A stretch of 64,000 bases of DNA from NCBI GenBank assembly GCA_964016885.1, contig OZ024741.1, positions 282,348,001-282,412,000 on the forward strand. Direction: 5' to 3'. The translations under genes were made by a program, and so were the position numbers. Shown in pieces: positions 1 to 14,026 of the stretch. Each line of letters starts with the position of its first letter. Positions within the stretch are counted from its first letter, which is position 1. This stretch comes from Eledone cirrhosa (Eukaryota). Below the pieces are notes generated by a model that worked only from the letters and a program-made list of their open reading frames with translations, was not told where the DNA came from and made no database searches.

Positions 1-3000
1 AAAAAGGCATCTTATTGAAGTGACCAAGATGAAACTAAAGTCACTGCTACTTTTCTAATTCAAAAAATAAATGCCTAAACTCTACCCACCAGTATTGAGT
101 ACTCACTCAATTAACGTTTGAATTTTCTAAATCAGGCATGGGAAACCTTTTTCGAGCAGTGAGCCATATAGGATGTGGCTCATCATAAGGTAGGCCACAC
201 TACGAAAAAACTCAAGGCTGCAGTGTGCTCATGACTGTTCATTTTAAACACATGTCCTAATATCATATTGATTAGCAAATCATCATTGTCCAATAGCTCA
301 CAGACACACTGTTTTTACTCTATACCTTTTTCTATTATTTCTGCATGTTTCTCTGAACTATTAAGTTATGTATGTACCTGTCTAAGTCTGGTTAATACAT
401 ACAACTTTACTACTATGGTCATCCCTTCCATGACTCACATCCAGCCCTGCCTCATACACATAATATGCTTCACACAACATTTCTTTTTAGTGATTACAGC
501 TGGTTAGTTGACACAGACAGATGACATATGCACACACACACCAAAAGATTGATTAAAGTCAAAGGAAATAGGGGGAAAAGCTAGGTGAAGGAAAACAAAG
601 AAGATAGAACAGCAAAGAGGCAGGAAGGGAAGTGGGAGTTAGTGAGTAGAGAAACAAATATGCAGACAGATGGAAAAGATAGCAATAGAGGGAGACAAAT
701 ATTTGATGAAAAGAAGAAAATTGCAAACACTTAGGCAGGCAGACAAATGTAGAGATAAATAAGTATAGATAGATTAGAGATACATAGGTTATGAGAAAGG
801 ACTCTACTGTGTTGCTTTGTCTGTTTTTCCCTTGTCTTTGCCCACTTTCTCTCTCTCTCTCTTTTTTATTTTTTATTTTTTTATTTTTTTATTGTATGTT
901 CTTAGCCATGCAGGACACTTTTTCAAATTCAGTGTGGAAAAATGGATGTAAAATGGTGATGATATACATATATATAAATAAGAGAGAGAGAGAGAAACAG
1001 CTTGGTGTCAGTCTACTTATTATCTATATTCAAAGAGTATATATAGTCTACTTATTATCTATATCAAAGAGTATAGAGAAATAGTGGTCAAATTATTATT
1101 TATGGACATTATGCTGAATATAATAGATATTGCTAAATTTAGAAAGCAGATGCAATAGATACAGATGTTATTCTTGCCAGTTATAATACAATAGTGTGTA
1201 TATAAATTGAATGAGTAAAAAGCCATCAACAATTCTTTCCTTCCTTCAATGTTTGTGTCATTCATTATATTGCTGAATTTCCTTCCAGGTATATGAGGTA
1301 TCATCATCATTGTAATCATCCTTTACACCTGCTTTTCCATGCTTACATAGGGTGGATGAGTCTTTTCCAGCACAGCTTCCCTCTACCTACTGCATTTCTT
1401 TGTCATCTTCTGTCATTTATAATAGGATAGCTTCCTTGTGTTCAAAGGACTTAGAAGACAATTTTACTCTCAGGTGGTACTCAATGTATTAAATAATGCA
1501 ATTTATATTTCATACTTAATGTATTCTTGTCATCATTTTAAACCTGTTTTTTCCATACTTGCATGAGTTGGACAAGTCTTTTCCACCACAGGCCCCCGCA
1601 CCCACCCAAATCAACTGCACTCTTTTGTCATCTCATCTGTCAGGTTAAACATTTTGCAATCCATTTTCAGCAAGTCTTCCATAGTCTTCCTTCAACAATC
1701 ACCATTCATATATATCACATGTCCATCCCTTTCTCACAATATTGCTGGCCTTGTGACAAAATTAGAAACCATTATTGGGACTGTGCTGTAACTTGGTATA
1801 GAACTGTAACATTCCCTAGCCCACCAGTAAAATACAAAGGAGGCAACTCCCATCCCACCCTTCTAGAGAATTGAAACCCATTGCGTGTGTGCATGTCTTT
1901 CTGCATTTACATTTCTATCAGTGTTTTTGTCCTAAAACTTTGTGGTTCAACAAAGAAATCATTAAAATAAGTACCAGACTTAGAAATATAAGTACTGGGG
2001 TTGATATGATTGACTATATCTTTTTAAGGTGGTGCCACAGCATGGCCAAAACCAGTAAAAGTGTAAAAAGATAATAGTGATTCAGTGAATGAACACTGAA
2101 CAAATCAAATGTTGGTTATTATTGTTGTCGTTTAAGTGCAGGTCAGACCTGATCAAACAGACACTACGCTTAAAGGCATGCCAACCATGGCCATCTCGTC
2201 TTTTTTTTGTTTAGACATGGTGTGTCTAGGATTACATAATCCAGTGCATCTATCTGTTTTATTTTTTAAAGACAGTAGGGTGTATTAGGGTGTTATTTCA
2301 ACAGGTAAAATTACTATATATAAGTTTCTTTATTGGCTTAGGAATTGACGTGTAGCTGGGTAATCTATAAGGTTTTAATGTTTCTATGCTGGCATGGATT
2401 GGACGAGATTTTCTGGAACAATGTTTTACAGCTGGATGCTCTTCCTAACACTAATCCTTTTAGTTGCTCTGGTATATCTATTCCAAACTGGATATACATG
2501 CTAGTAAATCTCATAGGTTGTATCTTGGCATATGCCTGTATTTTATAGTGGTTCTACTCAAGAAAATTCTAAAATACTAACATATTTATCAACCAGCAGA
2601 ATCTAGTAATATATTAGATGCTGGTTGGATACATTATATGGTGTATATATTCAACACCTAATATATCAAACTACAGGGGTTGAGTGATTTGTATTTTGTT
2701 TCTACAGAGTTTCGTGTTACTGAAAGAAATAATTTATAAAATAAAACAGGTTGTCATACTGTTTTGGGTACTGCTTTTCATCAGAAAAAGAATTTAATTT
2801 TTACTTAAGTCAATATCTTGTACCACACGAAACCACATTAGCAAAGTATTCTCGAAAAGTACAAAACAGCAATATAACTATATCACATTAATAATAAAAG
2901 CCCTTACTCTCATAATGCAAATTTTCAAAATGATCTGTCTACAAGTAAAGATACTATAAAAAATTTAATTAACAAACCTGTGTTTTTCGAATTTTATCTG

Positions 3001-4682
3001 CTAAATCATTAGAGGATGTTAAGAATAGCTTCCCACTGGTGGAGGCTGTCACTTATTTCTTTAAATTCTTAAATTCTATTTATTTCAATTCTATTCTATT
3101 TCAAACTTTTCACAACTACATTTCTATTAAAATGCTCTGTCTGTATGTTTTAATTAATTTTGAAGGGTTTAGTAAAATAACTAACTCCTTCATTATTAAG
3201 CTGGTGTTTGGAACATAACAAAAATTAGTGCAATAAAATTTTGACAGAAGAATTTAATTTAAATATGGACATTTTAAAATAACAAGCTTTGTATGATAAA
3301 ACCAGAGTCAGTCTCAGGCAGGTTGGCAGTGGAAAGGTTAAAGGAGGTGTAAAATTATATATCTTCACCATGTTTTAGCAATTATTCACACAACTATATG
3401 CTACTGTTATTTTAAAGCTTACTTGATATTCAGTATTAGGGCATTGTAAAAACGTTGCATTATGTAAAACAAGTAAGCAATCATCATGTCAAAATGTCTT
3501 TAGCAAATTAAACTTTTGGATTGCAATACAGTGTAGGACATAGTTTGACATTAATGAATGAATATTCTCAGAATAACATTTATCTACAGTTGTTTAATCT
3601 TGCTGCAGACAAAAGGGGCTGTCTGTCAGTTATAAAGGATACTTTCAGTGGATGAATATCAGAGGGGCGGGGGCAACTAGGGTAAGGAAATAAAACAGAA
3701 TTTTACTAGACAAATGTGTGTGTATGTCTTACTATCTATTTGTATATATAGATATGGTAGTATGAGGTGGGTATCACAACCCCCAACCCTCAGAAAACAA
3801 CATAATTATTCAATACTTCCATCTCTCCTAATCTTACATAAACACATGTAATTGTAAAAACTACAAAACAATTTTTATCAGATTTGAGGATTACTAAAGT
3901 ACAAAATTAAGAAGAAAAAAAACACGATCGTTCAACAACCAAATAACTGCATATAATTTGTCAATATTTACACAAAAATACAATTTCATTTTTCTGAGCT
4001 TTTATTTACATAATTTTTAAATCATAAATTGTGTGTTTGTGTACAAGGATGTGACTTCTTTCACTTCAGCATTAAAATAAAGTTTCAGGTGAAATTTAAT
4101 ATGTGGATGTCTAGAGAATATGAATCGTAGAGACTTGCTTATAAAATATAAGGAAGGAAAAACTTCTCAAAGATATTATTTTTTTATATACCAGTCTTCT
4201 TACAAACAGAGCCTTGTGCTTATCTTATTATATATACACATGTGATTCAATACTTACATTTGTATATATGTGTGTGTGTGTGTATATATATATAAAATAC
4301 TGAGTACATACACACCCCTGTATACACACACATATATCCCCCTCCACACACATAGCCTCTTCAAAATTACAACATTGTCTGTAAAAGTAGGTTAAGTCAT
4401 CTCTATATACATTCTTGTAGTGTATATAATATGTAAAATAACGATACATTTTATGGTTACGCTGGTTGAAGATAGTGAAAAATAGATCCGTGATGCTTTG
4501 TAGGAGAGTGGATGAGATACTGAAACAGTAATCAATGGACAAGATATTTAAACAACTATAATCTCCACCTTCGGACAGGCATTGACTTCCTTCACTCTGA
4601 AATAGCTCTCTGCCTTCATAATTCAGTGATTATCTACAGAGAGATAGTTATTTGTTTTTGTTTCCTTATCAGCATCTACTTT

Positions 4683-4723
<41 letters not shown>

Positions 4724-5384
4724 GTACAAGTATATATTTATATATATATGTATGTGTACAAGTATATATATATGTGTGTGTGTGTTGGTGTGTGTGTGTA
4801 CATGTACATATATACATATATATATGTGTGTGTGTGTGTGTGTATGAATATTATCTACATATGTGTGTGTGTCTGCGTGTGTATCAAATTTTATATATTA
4901 TATATACACACACACATATATACATATATACACACACATATATAATTACATTTTAAAGACCATTTGTTTTTCATTAGCAGATGATGCCCTCTCTATAGTG
5001 AAGTAACCAAATCTAGCTTAACCTGCTAGAAAGAGTTGCAATATTTTCTTAAAAGTCTATCATTTCAAAAATTTAAAGGACACATTGGGTAATTTAATCC
5101 TAGATACAGTTCCTTGAAACACCTTTGATTACAGATCAGCTTAACCCTTTTGTTACATAACTGCCTGAAACAAACATTGATTCTACAATACAAGTGTTTA
5201 TATCTATCGAAAAACTTTCTATATAGTTTTATGTAGGAAAATATGTTAAGCTCTGTTGCAAACACCAATTTAATAATGAGGAAACTATTTATACTACTAA
5301 ATCCTTCCAATTTCTTGATTATTGTAGAAATTATAAAAAAATAATAGGCAATGTCTTTCATATGGTATTTAAATGCCCAGAAGT

Positions 5385-6245
5385 CTCCTTAGAAGTAGTC
5401 GACCAATTCTGTTACCTAAAAGAGTTAGAATGGAACGGAAAAAGTTCAAGGAGCTGCTACCACTGCTAGCTACAAAAGGTTTTTCCCTCAAAATAAAAGG
5501 CAGATTGTATGAACAGCAATGCTGCATGGAAGTGAAACCTGGGCAATATATGCAGAGGACCTACAAAGATTGGAAAGAAATGAAGCCCATGTGTTCTGAT
5601 GGATGTGTAATATTAGTGTGCATGAACGACAAAGCATCAGCAAACAGAGAAACTAAGTACAGGGGAGGGAGGGGGGGGGGGGAATGCAGTGGTTTGGACA
5701 TGTGAATCGTATGGAGGATGACTGAGGTATAAAAATGTGCAGGACACTCAAAGCTGATGATAACTATAGAAGTAAAGATCTAGAAAAACTTGGGATGAAG
5801 TGATAAAAGCTGACCTTGCCTAATTTAACCTCACAAAGGAGATGACACAGGATCTAGACATCAGGTGTCATGCTGTAAAGCAGAAGACCCTGACCCCACG
5901 TGCACAAAGTGAAACAAAACAAACATGCAGAGGACACACTAGCCTGCAGCAATCATCCAACCCCTTCTCACCTTAATACCCCACTAATATCTAAATATCC
6001 CCTGCACTATCTAATAGCAAACTCACCTTCCCCCACCTCAGCCCGGATACACCTCACCTGCCAAGCCCATGAGAGCTAGACTTGCTTAACATCTGACCTC
6101 CCACAATGCTATGCCATGACAAAAAGAATAAAGTCCACCCTGTATACTGATTCAGTGCCACAGCAACAAAAGCACACAGTCCATCCTGTAAGGTGATCAT
6201 GATGGTGACATGAGAAAAAGGACTCAGTCCATACTGTAAGGTGGC
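5385..6245 (+). mobile_element. Old, decayed RTE LINE 3' remnant (RT C-terminus plus 3' UTR repeats)
   Basis: Translates as RVRMERKKFKELLPLLATKGFSLKIKGRLY, homologous to the 19015 ORF. Frameshifted. Degenerate 3'UTR repeats at about 6115-6245. Confidence 0.8.
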
Positions 6246-8733
6246 TAGCTTTTGAAGATTCACTACAAGTCTCTGTTACCCTCTTCCCTTCTCCCTTTAT
6301 TTCTTTTGTTGCCTAATAATTCTTGCTCTTTCCTTCATTTTCTTTCATTTATAGCATTTATAGTCCATTCCAATGCTACTTTCTTTCTCTGTATGTTGAC
6401 TACATATTAAATTCTTTATTATTTTTATGTAATTTTATCTTAAAAGGAATATTTGAAAAAATGTGCAAAAAAAAGTAATAATAACAAAATGTCAGTAATA
6501 ACAGTAACCTCATTAACTCCAAATGTTATGCTGGAAAACTTACTATCGATAAAGGCAGAATAGCAACTGTCATGTTTTCCACATAGCTTGTCACTGTTAT
6601 AGTAACTACCAGAACTAGCTGATACAAAAAAAATAAACAGACTGGGTAATGGAGAAATAAGACAAGCTTTTCATGAAAGGACTGGATAGCCTCCCCATAT
6701 GATAAGCCATTGTAAATCATGGTACACTAAGAGCAATAGATCTGAGGGTTGTATTTAACCTTCAGCACGCTCATTTTTTTAATGACACTGCATTATGTAT
6801 TAAGAGAAGATTACTCTATTGTCACAATTTGTGGCTGACAGTGTGTTAAAGGTTAATTAAGCATATAACTTTCTATATATCTTAGATCTGTTTGATCAAG
6901 ACTGCCCAGGGGATTAAACAGTAATGTTAGGAATTGTATTGCATTTGTGGACCCATAAATCCTGATGGAGTTGTGGAGGAGGTGGTGGTGGTGGGGTTAC
7001 CGTGGTGACATAAGTTGTCTTGAGCATTTTAAATATAGCAGAACCCATCTCCACTCCTGGTTTCAATACACCTGGTTTCTTCCAGAGAAACAGAGAGTGA
7101 TAGAAAGGAAGTAAGAAACAGATTTAGAGAAAAAATTGTGTCCAGTACTGGACTGAAACTTCTTTTTTTTATTGACCTCGAAAGGATGAATGGTAAAGTT
7201 GACCTCAATGGGTTTTGAGCTCAAGAGAGCCAGAACAAATATTGCAAGGTATTCTATCTGATATTCTAATGACTATGTCAATTTGCTGCCTTAGGAATTA
7301 TATTACTCACAGAGATATTATGTCTTATGTATGATCATAGAATAATTTGAAGAAGTATAAATGACAAAATTGTGTTTCTCAAAATCAGAAATATAAACAA
7401 ATATATATATATACCAAAGAAAGTGAAATAAAATAAAAAATAAAAATGAATTCAAGAATGTACACTGATCTATGTATATACTTTTCAAATAGACATCTAA
7501 ATAAAATGTAAAAATGTACAAGATAGCAGTATCCAACATTATATCTAAGTAGAACACAGAAGCTTGATAGAAATTTTTGTATTGGAAACAATGATTTTAA
7601 GGTGCATTTCATGACTTTTAGGTGCATTTCAAGATATACAAACATCTGGTTGTGTAGCATACTATGAAGGATATCATGGAGAAACAGCAACACGAACAAA
7701 CAAAAATAAATTTACCGTGATAATAAATCACTATAGTAACAGCAAAAGGAAATTCTATATTTACCAAAACTATATAAATAAAATAGATAACAGCTTTCTT
7801 ATTAAAGCAAGGATGAATTTCAGATACAACTTTTAATTAATGGTAGTAAGTTTCCTCAGGAAAACTAGGGTTTCAGTGTATTTATTTATATTTGTAAGTA
7901 GGAGGATAAGAGAAGAAAGCTTAGTAGAATGAAGATGTCAGTTTTGATAACCTACTTTCCTGAAATGTAATAAAAACAAAGATACATGTAAATTAGAGAT
8001 GACAATAAATGTAAACTATTTGGCTTATCATGGAAATATCAGTCACGAAACAGTGAACTGTGACGTTAACAGAAAAGCTGTTGTAATTTTAATCATGAAA
8101 ATAATTGCAGAAAATTTGAGGATTCAGATATTTTCTATTTTTTTTTCTTTCTTTCAGTTTTTGTTTTTTATTTCTTAAATTTTCTTAACGACAGAAAATG
8201 GTCTTCTAAAGTCTACAATTAACAAAACTGAAAGATAAATACTAAAAATGAACATTTGGCTGGGATGGAAACCGTAGAAGCCTCTTGTGTGTGTATCCAT
8301 GTTCCGTAATTTAATAGTTTGACAAAGAAAATAAGGACCAAACTTGAGAAAATAAGGACTGGGGTCGATATGATTAACTAAATCAAGGCAGTGGCACCAG
8401 CATGGCCACAGCTTAAATACTGAAACCAGTAGAAAACAAAGAATGTATGTGTGTGCAGATGTGTGTTGCTCGAGTTACACTCTGTAAAGTGGCAGTACTA
8501 GTGTCATGAAAAACACGGCCAGGAGACCTTGTAAGGTGGTTGGTGTTAAGAAAAGTATCCAGTCATTGAAACCATACCAAATATGGAATGTATAAGAAAA
8601 ACATGGTCACTTAACTGGTCAAACCTTAAAACATGACAACCTGTCCAACCCATGCCAATGTGGGAAGTAGAGAAAGAAATAAAAAGGGAAAAAAATATAT
8701 TTTTCTTCCTAATAATCGTCTTTTTCTCCCTGT

Positions 8734-8793
<60 letters not shown>

Positions 8794-8796
<3 letters not shown>

Positions 8797-8948
8797 TAGG
8801 AGGTGAGTTTTGTTGTAGCACAATAAAGCAATGCAAATATTGGATAAGTAGCACTCAACAGTTTATAGGACTGGAGTATAAATAATATAAAATCAAAGAT
8901 GGTTAAAATAAAATACATGGAACTCTTTTAACCATCTTTGATTTTATA

Positions 8949-8957
<9 letters not shown>
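8794..8957 (-). mobile_element. Short fold-back cassette between two (TA)n arrays, probable Penelope-like terminal remnant
   Basis: Perfect 32-bp inverted repeat (8877-8908 / 8926-8957) plus an unpaired arm of about 80 bp. Same layout as 56494-56758. Confidence 0.5.
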
Positions 8958-9005
<48 letters not shown>

Positions 9006-9270
9006 GAAGGTACATGGTTTAGTGGTTTGGGTGTTTGAGCAGTGTGCTGTGTCCTTGAGCAAGACACTTTATTTCATGCTGCTCCAATCCACTTAGCCAG
9101 TAAAAATAAGTTGTACCATTAATTGAAGTGGGGAATCTTGTCATGTGCTGTGTCATATTGAATCTCCCTGAAAATGCCATAATGGGTGCATGTAACTTAC
9201 ACTACAATTTCATGAGCAGGCAATTCTGTTTATTGAATCAACTGGAACAATCATCTGAAATGACAAGAAC
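9006..9270 (+). mobile_element. Old tRNA-derived CORE-type SINE
   Basis: GAAGGTACATGGTTTAGTGG head and GTGTCCTTGAGCAAGACACTTTATTTC core. Similar old copies near 9580-9700, 16186-16395, 49610-49800(-) and 62150-62345(-). Confidence 0.65.
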
Positions 9271-10086
9271 AACACAAACACACACTCAGACACACACCTA
9301 ACTAATGTTTCTACAACTATTACACTAACCTATTATGAATGAGAATACAACATCAAATTTTCAAGTGAATCAATAATAGTAATATTCCTCTATCATATTT
9401 CATCTAAACACTTGTATAGTAATGTTTACTATGGATGACTAGTAATTCAAATAATTCTTCAAACTAAATCAAATGGAAAGCAGAGATGTTAATATTAATC
9501 TGGAGATTACATAAGAGATTTAACCTCTTTAATACCAACCTACCCCCAAACTAATGCTGGTTTTATGATATAAAACTGCTCATTGGTCTAGTGGTTAAGG
9601 TGTTGGACTTGTGATCATAAGGACATGGGATTCATTCATGGCTGGACGGTGCATTGTTCTCTTGAACAAGATACTTCATTTCCTATTGCTTTTCATGAAA
9701 GAACTGTTAACCCTTATATAACACCCCCAAACCCTCCCATCAGATGCAACTTCATAGAAAGACAGCTAAACTTACATAGGTGGGAGCTGTGAATTTTATG
9801 TACATTTGAAAATGTTCATATTTAAACTAAAATTTTTAATAATTCTAAATATCTTGTTTCAATATATTCCAAACACCAGCTTACTAAATCCTTCAAATTG
9901 TTTACTTTCAATATTCATTCAAAACTTAATTAGAAATATGATAATGAAAAACTTAATAGAATCCTATTTCTTTCAAGTAATGGTAAGAGCTCAGTCACTT
10001 TTAGATTGATTATCATAACAGCAAATTTACTTCCGACCTGACACATCTCAGAAGTAAGTAGACAGCCAACAACATGGTGCGTATCC

Positions 10087-10326
10087 TTAACCCTTTCATA
10101 ACTGCATTTCTAATGAACTACATTCTATTTTAATTAATTAATGAAGAATTATGAGGAATTCACTAAAATGATTTATTATTTCATTATTTAAATAGTAACT
10201 TAATGTAAGGTTCTTATATAAAATTATTTTGTAAGACTTTAATTTAAATTGGAAACCTTTAAAAGGGATGGTTTTATTGCATAGAACCAGAGCCAGTTTT
10301 AGCCGCATTGGTAACAAAAGGGTTAA
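10087..10326. mobile_element. piggyBac-type MITE, about 240 bp
   Basis: TTAA-CCCTTT...AAAGGG-TTAA termini. At least 5 related copies in the window. Confidence 0.8.
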
Positions 10327-10388
10327 CATTCTGCAAACAATATGAAAACAAGTCCAACAATTCCTAAACATGTGGTTCCCACTCAACT

Positions 10389-10618
10389 ATGCCACAGCTA
10401 TACAGTAAAATACAGGTAATTCACTTTTATTTGTGCTACAGCTATACAGTAAAATACACAGGTGATCACTGTCATTTGTACCACATCTATACAGTAAAGC
10501 ACAGGTAATCACTGTCATCTGCCACAGTTGTATAGGAAAACACGGAAATGGTTCACTGTCATTTGTGCCACAGCTATACCGTAAAATATATTAGTGATTC
10601 ACTTTCATCTGTGCCACT
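10389..10618. repeat. Minisatellite, about 45-bp unit x 5
   Basis: Unit approximately GCCACAGCTATACAGTAAAATACAGGTAATCACTGTCATTTGT, diverged copies. Confidence 0.85.
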
Positions 10619-13570
10619 GTGATGTTTACTTAATATTATAATATCTGCAAGTTAAGCATCAGAAAAACAAAGAATGCATTCAGCCTTCCCTTTCCTCCAA
10701 AAATACAAGCTTTCTCTGGTACTCAGACAAAGTCTCTAATTTATATTTTTAAAATATTGTTTACACCTGCTTGTACCCTTGGAGGTAACGTAGGCAGTTA
10801 ATTGGTAAAATCATTGAAACATTGAATAGAATGCTTTGTGGTATTCATTCCAAAGCAACCATTGAACCATCTATCTATCCATTGAAAAAATTAACAAAAA
10901 GCAGTAACCTGTCTAACCCATGGAAAATAGATGTAAAACGGTGACAATGATGATAATGATGATACACATCTATGTATGTATACATAAAATTTAAGCTGCA
11001 ATATTAACTAAACCAACAAATAATGCTAAAATTCTGGAGGCCATTCATTAATCCTAAATTGTATTCTAGTGTATTTTATGAGACTGGGTCATATGCAAAA
11101 TAATAAAAATATATAACAAATGCTACAAGATTTCTTTTTACAAAAACTGTTGAAATCTCCAGTGTGACTGAAAATGAACAATCTATTCAATTTGTTTTCA
11201 AACTCAATAAAGACCACTAAACAACAACAACAACAACAATAATGGAACTGAGAGGCACACCTCGTGGTGAAATAGAAGCTCAATAAACTGTTGAAAGTAT
11301 GATAATTATCAGAATAATAACAAACAATTATTGTTTTCTTTTATTTGATTGTTTTAAATTTCTGTTGATTATGCACTGTGTAAAAATGTGGTAATATTTG
11401 TTCATGTCTCAGTAAAGGCATTGGAAAGTCAAACAATTTCAATTGGTAATTAAAACTGGTTGTTGGTTCGTATTGTCCCACATTAACAATGAACAATTTG
11501 ATAAATAAGGAAGATGGTAGTGACAATTTTATTTTAAAATTGATTATATGGTAAGTAAATTAACTTAGAAAGGACCAAATGACCCAATTCCATATAAGAT
11601 TACATTAATATCGTTGAAGACCTTATGAAAGTTTGGACCCATATCCTGATGCAGTTGCAGGGGTACTGTAGTGATATTTGGTGTGTCTTGGGCATTTTAA
11701 AAACCTGGCGGAGCCCATCTCTTTCCAAGTCTGAACACAGCTATTTTTTTTTTTCCAGAAAAGGACAGTGAAAGAGAGGAAGTGAAAAAGAGATATAGAG
11801 GAAGAATTGATCACAATATAGGACTGGTATTTTTTATTAACCTTGAAAAGATGAGATTATGATAAAATAATACCACAATCAAAAACAAAACAATATACAC
11901 TCTATTCCAATGAGACCTAAGCTTATAACAAACAATTATACCCTGTTTTTTCACACAATTCATTCACACATGCTCAAAATTATATTGGCCATTTTTCCAA
12001 TTCCAACAGAAAGAAAAAAGTTGCAATTGAAGTTAGTGGAAGGTCTGAAGGGAATAGAGTGGTCAGAAATGAAGCACCAACAGGTCCACAGATGATTTGT
12101 GCTAATCATAGAATCAACTATAATAATGTGCCACATGTAATTGTATATACATGCACTGACAAGGTTCTTCCTGATCTACATTCTATCAACCTTGGTATAC
12201 TTCAGGGCTCAGTTATGTATGAAGGCCTGATTGCACCTGTCATCCCCATACCAGTAATTGGAGCATGCTAGTAGTTATTTTGCTGAGAGGGCTGTAGTAT
12301 GGTTTTGAAGGACCTGTCTAAATTAAATTTATGGCTGATGCAGAACAACTTTGTGGGCTGAATTAATAGTACGATTGCAGTTTTCATTTGCTTAGGTTTG
12401 CAGTTAGATTGGATTTTATTAAGATTTGTTTACATTCTAGTTAAGGCATGTACAGTCTTAGTTGTGTGTGTATATAGAGAGTATATATGTGTATAATTTA
12501 TATAGCAAAGAAAAGAAACAATGCAATGACAAAGGAAGGACTTAAATTGCTGGCAATATGAGATGTTAAATAATACATCTCATTAAATGAGGTAGTAGTA
12601 GTAGTGATTAATACTAAACAGTTTAATGTGGACTTATGACGAATGGAAGGAATGATTAATGATTAAGTGGAAAATAAATATGACTGAATTCAGCTGGGCT
12701 TCTAATTTTGCTGACTTGGTTAATATCTGTTAGAAAAAAAGCAACCATAATAAAACAATAGTCTTGCAATGAACTATTGATTCAATGTTTTCTTTGTAGA
12801 TTCTAGCTGAGAATGGAATATTCTACCACTGTTTATAGCCAGATATAAGGATTTCTAATTTAGGCACAAGACCAGAAATCTGGTGGTGGTGGTGGTGGGG
12901 GGGGGGGGGGGGTCAAATCGTTTTAAGGAAGATTTGGCAAGCCAAAGAAGAATGTAGTAGAGGCTTCTTCATTGACTCAGATTGTAACAGGTTTTCTTTG
13001 GTTGTTGCTATTTGCATCAAAAGAAGCATTAGTTAGTGTTAAGTAAAACTGCCACATCTCAGTAGATATAAATCTGTAATTATTTAATAGTAATGGACAG
13101 GTATTGTCAACAATAATGGCAATAGCATTGAAAATCCAAGGATTATTACAAACTGTGAGAATTGCGTTTTGATAAATGTATGGTTTGCATAAAAGAAGCC
13201 CCATAGTTTATGTTATGACCAGCATGTGGAAGTGATTAAAGATGAGAATGATATTTTAATTATTTATTTCTAGCAAATGATTATATAAATGTTCAGCATA
13301 TATTTATTCATGTATGATTAATTCTGAACAAATAACTACAGGGTCAAATGTAGGGTTAGAACCCAGGACTTTGTGATTGTAAAGGGAGCTTCTTATTGTA
13401 GCAACATGACTGATATAGGAAATGCACAGTGTGTGAGTGTGTTAATGTTAAAGAGTTACAGATATATATATCATCATCATCATCGTTTAACGTCCATCTT
13501 CCACGGTAATATATATATTAGCGTGTCCTATCAATAAATGCAATGAAGGAATAATCAATCGTCCTTTTTA

Positions 13571-13666
<96 letters not shown>

Positions 13667-13669
<3 letters not shown>

Positions 13670-14022
13670 GCACATGGCTTAGTGGTTAGAGCATTGGCCT
13701 TGCAATCGAAAGGTTGTGAGTTCAATTCTCAGACCGAGTGATGTGTTGTTTCCTTGAGCAAGACACTTTATTTCACATTACTCCAGTTTACTCAGCTGTA
13801 GAAATGAGATGATAGGACTGGGGTCCCTATCATTCCACAACAAAGTGCTCGTGGAGGTGCCACAACAAAAAAAGCACCCAGCCCACACCGTAAAGTGGAC
13901 GTGTAGGCGCCACAGAAAAAAGCATCCAGCACTTACTGTAAATGAGGTTGGTGTTAGGAAGAGCATCCAGCTGTAGAAATCAAGCCAGAATCAGCAGGGA
14001 AAAGCGGACGTAAAATGATGAT
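13667..14022 (+). mobile_element. tRNA/CORE SINE with RTE-derived 3' tail
   Basis: A box TGGCTTAGTGG, B box GAGTTCAATTC, CORE-like TCCTTGAGCAAGACACTT. The 3' part matches the RTE family A 3'UTR and ends in ATGATGAT. Confidence 0.88.
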
Positions 14023-14026
14023 ATAT

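Noticed and set aside
132-260. CAGGCATGGGAAAC as a hAT-type TIR
   Set aside because: No partner TIR or 8-bp TSD found.
12059-12271. 70-aa ORF containing LGILQGSVM, like the RT GVPQGS motif
   Set aside because: A single short motif with no other RT motifs; at most an ancient LINE scrap.
13667-13740. tRNA gene
   Set aside because: The A/B boxes belong to a SINE head that continues into CORE and LINE-tail sequence.
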